64,000 nucleotides of DNA, taken from positions 9,802 through 73,801 of the forward strand of contig JBIPSI010000028.1 of NCBI GenBank assembly GCA_044070495.1, read 5' to 3'. The DNA is from Spirulina sp. (GTDB lineage: Bacteria; Cyanobacteriota; Cyanobacteriia; Phormidesmidales; Phormidesmidaceae). Below, piece after piece: positions 61,086-64,000 of this stretch. The notes below the pieces were generated by a model. That model was not told where the DNA came from. It searched no databases and saw only the letters and a program-made list of their open reading frames with translations. The first letter of the stretch is position 1, and the number at the start of each line of letters is the position of its first letter. Both the position numbers and the translations under genes were made by a program.

Positions 61086-61158
61086 ATCCCTTGATGACTC
61101 TCATCCCTTGATGGCTCTCATCCCTCGATGGCTCTCATCCCTTGATGGCTTTGATCCC
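61086..61158. repeat. 17-bp tandem repeat ATCCCTTGATGGCTCTC, about 4.3 copies
   Basis: Units start at 61086, 61103, 61120 and 61137. Confidence 0.9.
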
Positions 61159-61196
61159 GACGCTATCCTGTCTCTGTTGAACTTTCCCGATCACTT

Positions 61197-61610
61197 ATGC
61201 CTGATTCGCCCCCCTGGTTTGAGTACCGCGTGGTGGTTCACCCCCACCACACCGACTACGCTGGCATCGTCTGGCACGGCACCTACATCGCTTGGCTAGA
61301 GGAGGCGCGGGTTGATTACCTCAAACAGCACAACCTCACCTTTGCCGATTGGCTCAAGGCCGGGGTAGACCTGCCCGTGGTGGATATTTCCCTGCGCTAT
61401 CGTCAATCTCTGCGGCTGGGGGATGAGGCCCTGGTGCTGGCCCGGACGGCTCCGTTTAAGGGGGTGCGCCTGGTGTGGGAATACCAGATTATTAATGCGG
61501 CCTCCAAGGATATCTGTGTGGAGGGCACCGTTACCCTGGCCACGGTGGATCTCACCAGTCGGCGAGTGCTGCGTCGGTTGCCGCCCCATCTGCAAGCGGC
61601 CCTAGATTAG
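61197..61610 (+). CDS. 4HBT/YbgC-family acyl-CoA thioesterase
   Basis: HHTDYAGIVWHGTYIAWLEEAR. Confidence 0.9.
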   Translation: MPDSPPWFEYRVVVHPHHTDYAGIVWHGTYIAWLEEARVDYLKQHNLTFADWLKAGVDLPVVDISLRYRQSLRLGDEALVLARTAPFKGVRLVWEYQIINAASKDICVEGTVTLATVDLTSRRVLRRLPPHLQAALD

Positions 61611-61863
61611 CTCTGGCGGTACATGGCGGCTTTGGCGGTGCATTGCGGCCCGAGGGGGTGATTCCACCTTTTCCTGGTGGTTGGGGCCGCGAATGCACCC
61701 TTCGGCAAACACAGTATCTACGCATCACGGGGTTGGGCCATCAAGGTGATGGATGACGGGGGAATTGATGATGGGTGAGTGCTCTGAATCGTCCCAAGTT
61801 CTTTTGCGATTGAGATAACCCTCGGTTGATAATAGACTCATCTGCGCGTGAGGGAATGATCCG

Positions 61864-62367
61864 ATGGTGTCTGTGGTGTCAAAACTGTTATCGATGGTGG
61901 TGGTCGGACTGGTGCTGCTGGGCGGATTTGGAACCATGCCAGCGGCCCTAGCCCAGGACAACACGGTGGATTACACCCTGACGGATCTAAGTTTTCGGGA
62001 TTTTTCGGGGCAAAACCTCTCAGGCACCTCCTTCGCGGCGGCGGAAATGCGGGAGGCCAACTTTGCCGAGGCCGACCTCAGCCGCACGATTTTGACCAAG
62101 GCCTCCTTTGTGCGGGCTAACCTAGTGGCGGCTAACCTGTCTGAAACCTTCGCGGATCGAGTCATTTTTGACGAAGCCGATCTTTCCAACGCCCGCTTTG
62201 TCGATGCCCTGCTCACCAGCAGCAGCTTTCGGGATGTGAAGATTACCGGAGCCGACTTTTCCGGGGCGATCATCGACCGCTTCCAAATTGCCCAACTCTG
62301 CAAAATTGCCGATGGCGTGAATCCTACGACCCAAGTGCCCACCCGCGATAGCCTCGGCTGCCGTTAG
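61864..62367 (+). CDS. Secreted/lumenal pentapeptide repeat protein
   Basis: Signal peptide ALA, A(D/N)L-type repeats, LC..ADGVNP..TRDSLGC. Confidence 0.9.
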   Translation: MVSVVSKLLSMVVVGLVLLGGFGTMPAALAQDNTVDYTLTDLSFRDFSGQNLSGTSFAAAEMREANFAEADLSRTILTKASFVRANLVAANLSETFADRVIFDEADLSNARFVDALLTSSSFRDVKITGADFSGAIIDRFQIAQLCKIADGVNPTTQVPTRDSLGCR

Positions 62368-62450
62368 CCCATTGCTGACCTAGGATACGAAAGTATGCGG
62401 GAGAAGATGGCACAATATCTGCCAAATCTTTCGTTTAAGGCGGTGTTACT

Positions 62451-63806
62451 GTGCCCACCCTCCTCGTCAAAAACTGCCACACCCTGATCACCATGGACGA
62501 CCAGCGGCGGGAAATTCGCGGCGGCGGGCTGTTCATTCGCGATCACGTGATCGAGCAGGTGGGGCCAACCGAAACCCTGCCCCAAACGGCGGATCGGGTG
62601 ATGGATCTGGAGAATCACCTAGTACTGCCGGGATTGGTGAACACCCACCACCACTTCTTCCAGACCCTCACGCGGGTGGTGCCCGGTGCCCAAAATTCCG
62701 CCCTGTTCAACTGGCTCAGTTCCCTCTATCCCCTCTGGCAACGCCTGACGCCGGAGGCCATTCGCCTCAGCGCCCAGGTGGCGGCGGCGGAGCTGATCTA
62801 TTCCGGCTGCACCACCGCCAGCGATCACCTTTATCTCTTTCCCAACGGCTGCCAGCTAGACGACGAAATCGAAGCCGTGCAGGAAATCGGCCTGCGGTTC
62901 CACGCCAGCCGGGGCAGCATGAGCGTGGGCGAAAGCAAGGGCGGACTGCCGCCGGATTCCATTGTGGAAGAGGAATCCGTCATCCTCAAAGACTCCCAGC
63001 GGTTGATTGAGCAGTACCACGACAACCAGCCCTACGCCATGGTGCGCATCACCCTGGCCCCCTGTTCCCCCTTCAGCGTCTCCACAGACCTGATGAAGGA
63101 ATCCGCCGCCCTAGCCCGCTCCTATCCTGGGGTGCGGCTGCACACCCACCTGGCGGAGAACAACAGCGATGTGGACTACAGCCTGCAAACCTTCGGCCTC
63201 ACACCGGGAGACTACGCGGCCTCCGTGGGCTGGCTGGGGGAAGATGTGTGGCACGCCCACTGCGTGAAGCTCGACGACCGGGCCATCCACAGCTTTGGCC
63301 AAACCGGGACAGGCGTGGCCCACTGCCCCTGTAGCAACATGCGACTGGCCAGCGGCATGGCCCCTATCCGCAAAATGCTGAACCACAACGTACCCGTGGG
63401 CCTGGGGGTGGATGGATCGGCTTCTAACGACGGTAGCCACCTGCTAGGAGAAGCCCGTTTAGCGTTCCTGATGGCGCGGGTGCGGGAGGAAGACGCCAGT
63501 GCCCTCACCGCCCGCGAAGCCCTAGAACTGGCCACCCTCGGCGGCGCACGGGTGCTAGGCCGAGACGACATTGGTGCCTTGGCCCCCGGCATGGCCGCTG
63601 ATTTTGTCGCCATTAGCCTAGATCGCCTCACCCTCTCCGGCAGCGCCTACGACCCCGTTGCCGCCCTCATTTTCTGCCCCATCGACCGGGTAGACTACAG
63701 CGTCATCCACGGCAAAACCGTCCTCAGCCCCGATGGTCTGCTAACCCTGGATGGCACCGATCTTCTACACCGTCACCAAGCCCTGGCCCAACAGTTGGCC
63801 GACTAG
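62451..63806 (+). CDS. 8-oxoguanine deaminase (amidohydrolase family)
   Basis: PGLVNTHHHFFQTLTR, LAPCSPFSVS, LHTHLAE, AHCPCSNMRLASG, GVDGSASND. Confidence 0.88.
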   Translation: MPTLLVKNCHTLITMDDQRREIRGGGLFIRDHVIEQVGPTETLPQTADRVMDLENHLVLPGLVNTHHHFFQTLTRVVPGAQNSALFNWLSSLYPLWQRLTPEAIRLSAQVAAAELIYSGCTTASDHLYLFPNGCQLDDEIEAVQEIGLRFHASRGSMSVGESKGGLPPDSIVEEESVILKDSQRLIEQYHDNQPYAMVRITLAPCSPFSVSTDLMKESAALARSYPGVRLHTHLAENNSDVDYSLQTFGLTPGDYAASVGWLGEDVWHAHCVKLDDRAIHSFGQTGTGVAHCPCSNMRLASGMAPIRKMLNHNVPVGLGVDGSASNDGSHLLGEARLAFLMARVREEDASALTAREALELATLGGARVLGRDDIGALAPGMAADFVAISLDRLTLSGSAYDPVAALIFCPIDRVDYSVIHGKTVLSPDGLLTLDGTDLLHRHQALAQQLAD

Positions 63807-64000
63807 CTCTGAAGTGTAGAGGCCGCTACGTGCTCCTGCACCGCCAGACGGGTTTAAAAACGCCTCTATCTCCGGCACCCCCATTTGATTCGGGTGGCGC
63901 TTGTTGCGGAACAGGATGTACCGACGGATCCATTGCACGTAGGTTTGCTCTGTGCAGGAAGAATAGTGCTTTAGCCGAATGGCATCCCGCACTTGGTCAA
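63803..64000 (-). pseudogene. Integron-integrase-like N-terminal fragment, frameshifted and truncated
   Basis: DQVRDAIRLKHYSSCTEQTYVQWIRRYILF..KRHP..MG..EIEAFL, then after a 1-nt shift TRLAVQEHVAAST and a stop. Confidence 0.85.

Noticed and set aside
61086..61158. 17-bp repeats as a mini-CRISPR
   Set aside because: The units are contiguous with no spacers.

Overview
Chromosomal window from a high-GC cyanobacterium; gene content suggests a filamentous Nodosilinea/Leptolyngbya-like strain (inference). Most of it is housekeeping: modAB with an XRE-PBP regulator, a large CBS-PAS-GAF diguanylate cyclase, mscL, pcrA, a ycf46-like AAA ATPase, recA, a radical SAM protein, Zur-boxed znuA, an SLH porin, futB, hlyB/hlyD type I secretion, a cyanobacteriochrome hybrid kinase plus REC-PAS-GGDEF-EAL pair, hypF-hypC-hypD, a cation-chloride cotransporter, cyclophilin, NtcA-controlled nrtABCD, usp, a thioesterase, a pentapeptide protein and 8-oxoguanine deaminase. 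Accessory parts: (i) a TA/NLR-like patch at 25.3-30.9 kb, with a STAND-WD40 protein carrying a short amyloid-like N-terminus directly behind a UPF0175/PIN pair; (ii) a TA pair inside the hyp operon; (iii) a solitary herA followed by a pspA-like plus membrane-anchored pstS-like cassette bracketed by a duplicated, diverged herA 3' end; (iv) an integron-integrase-like pseudogene. Dispersed repeats are abundant: a 165-bp MITE with TIRs and a 10-bp TSD, GTAG-led REP-like palindromes (one in-frame inside hypF), and short tandem repeats. The palindrome CCCTAGGG looks over-represented while canonical HIP1 looks rare. No rRNA, tRNA or CRISPR array was recognised. All calls come from motif recognition by eye; no database searches were run.
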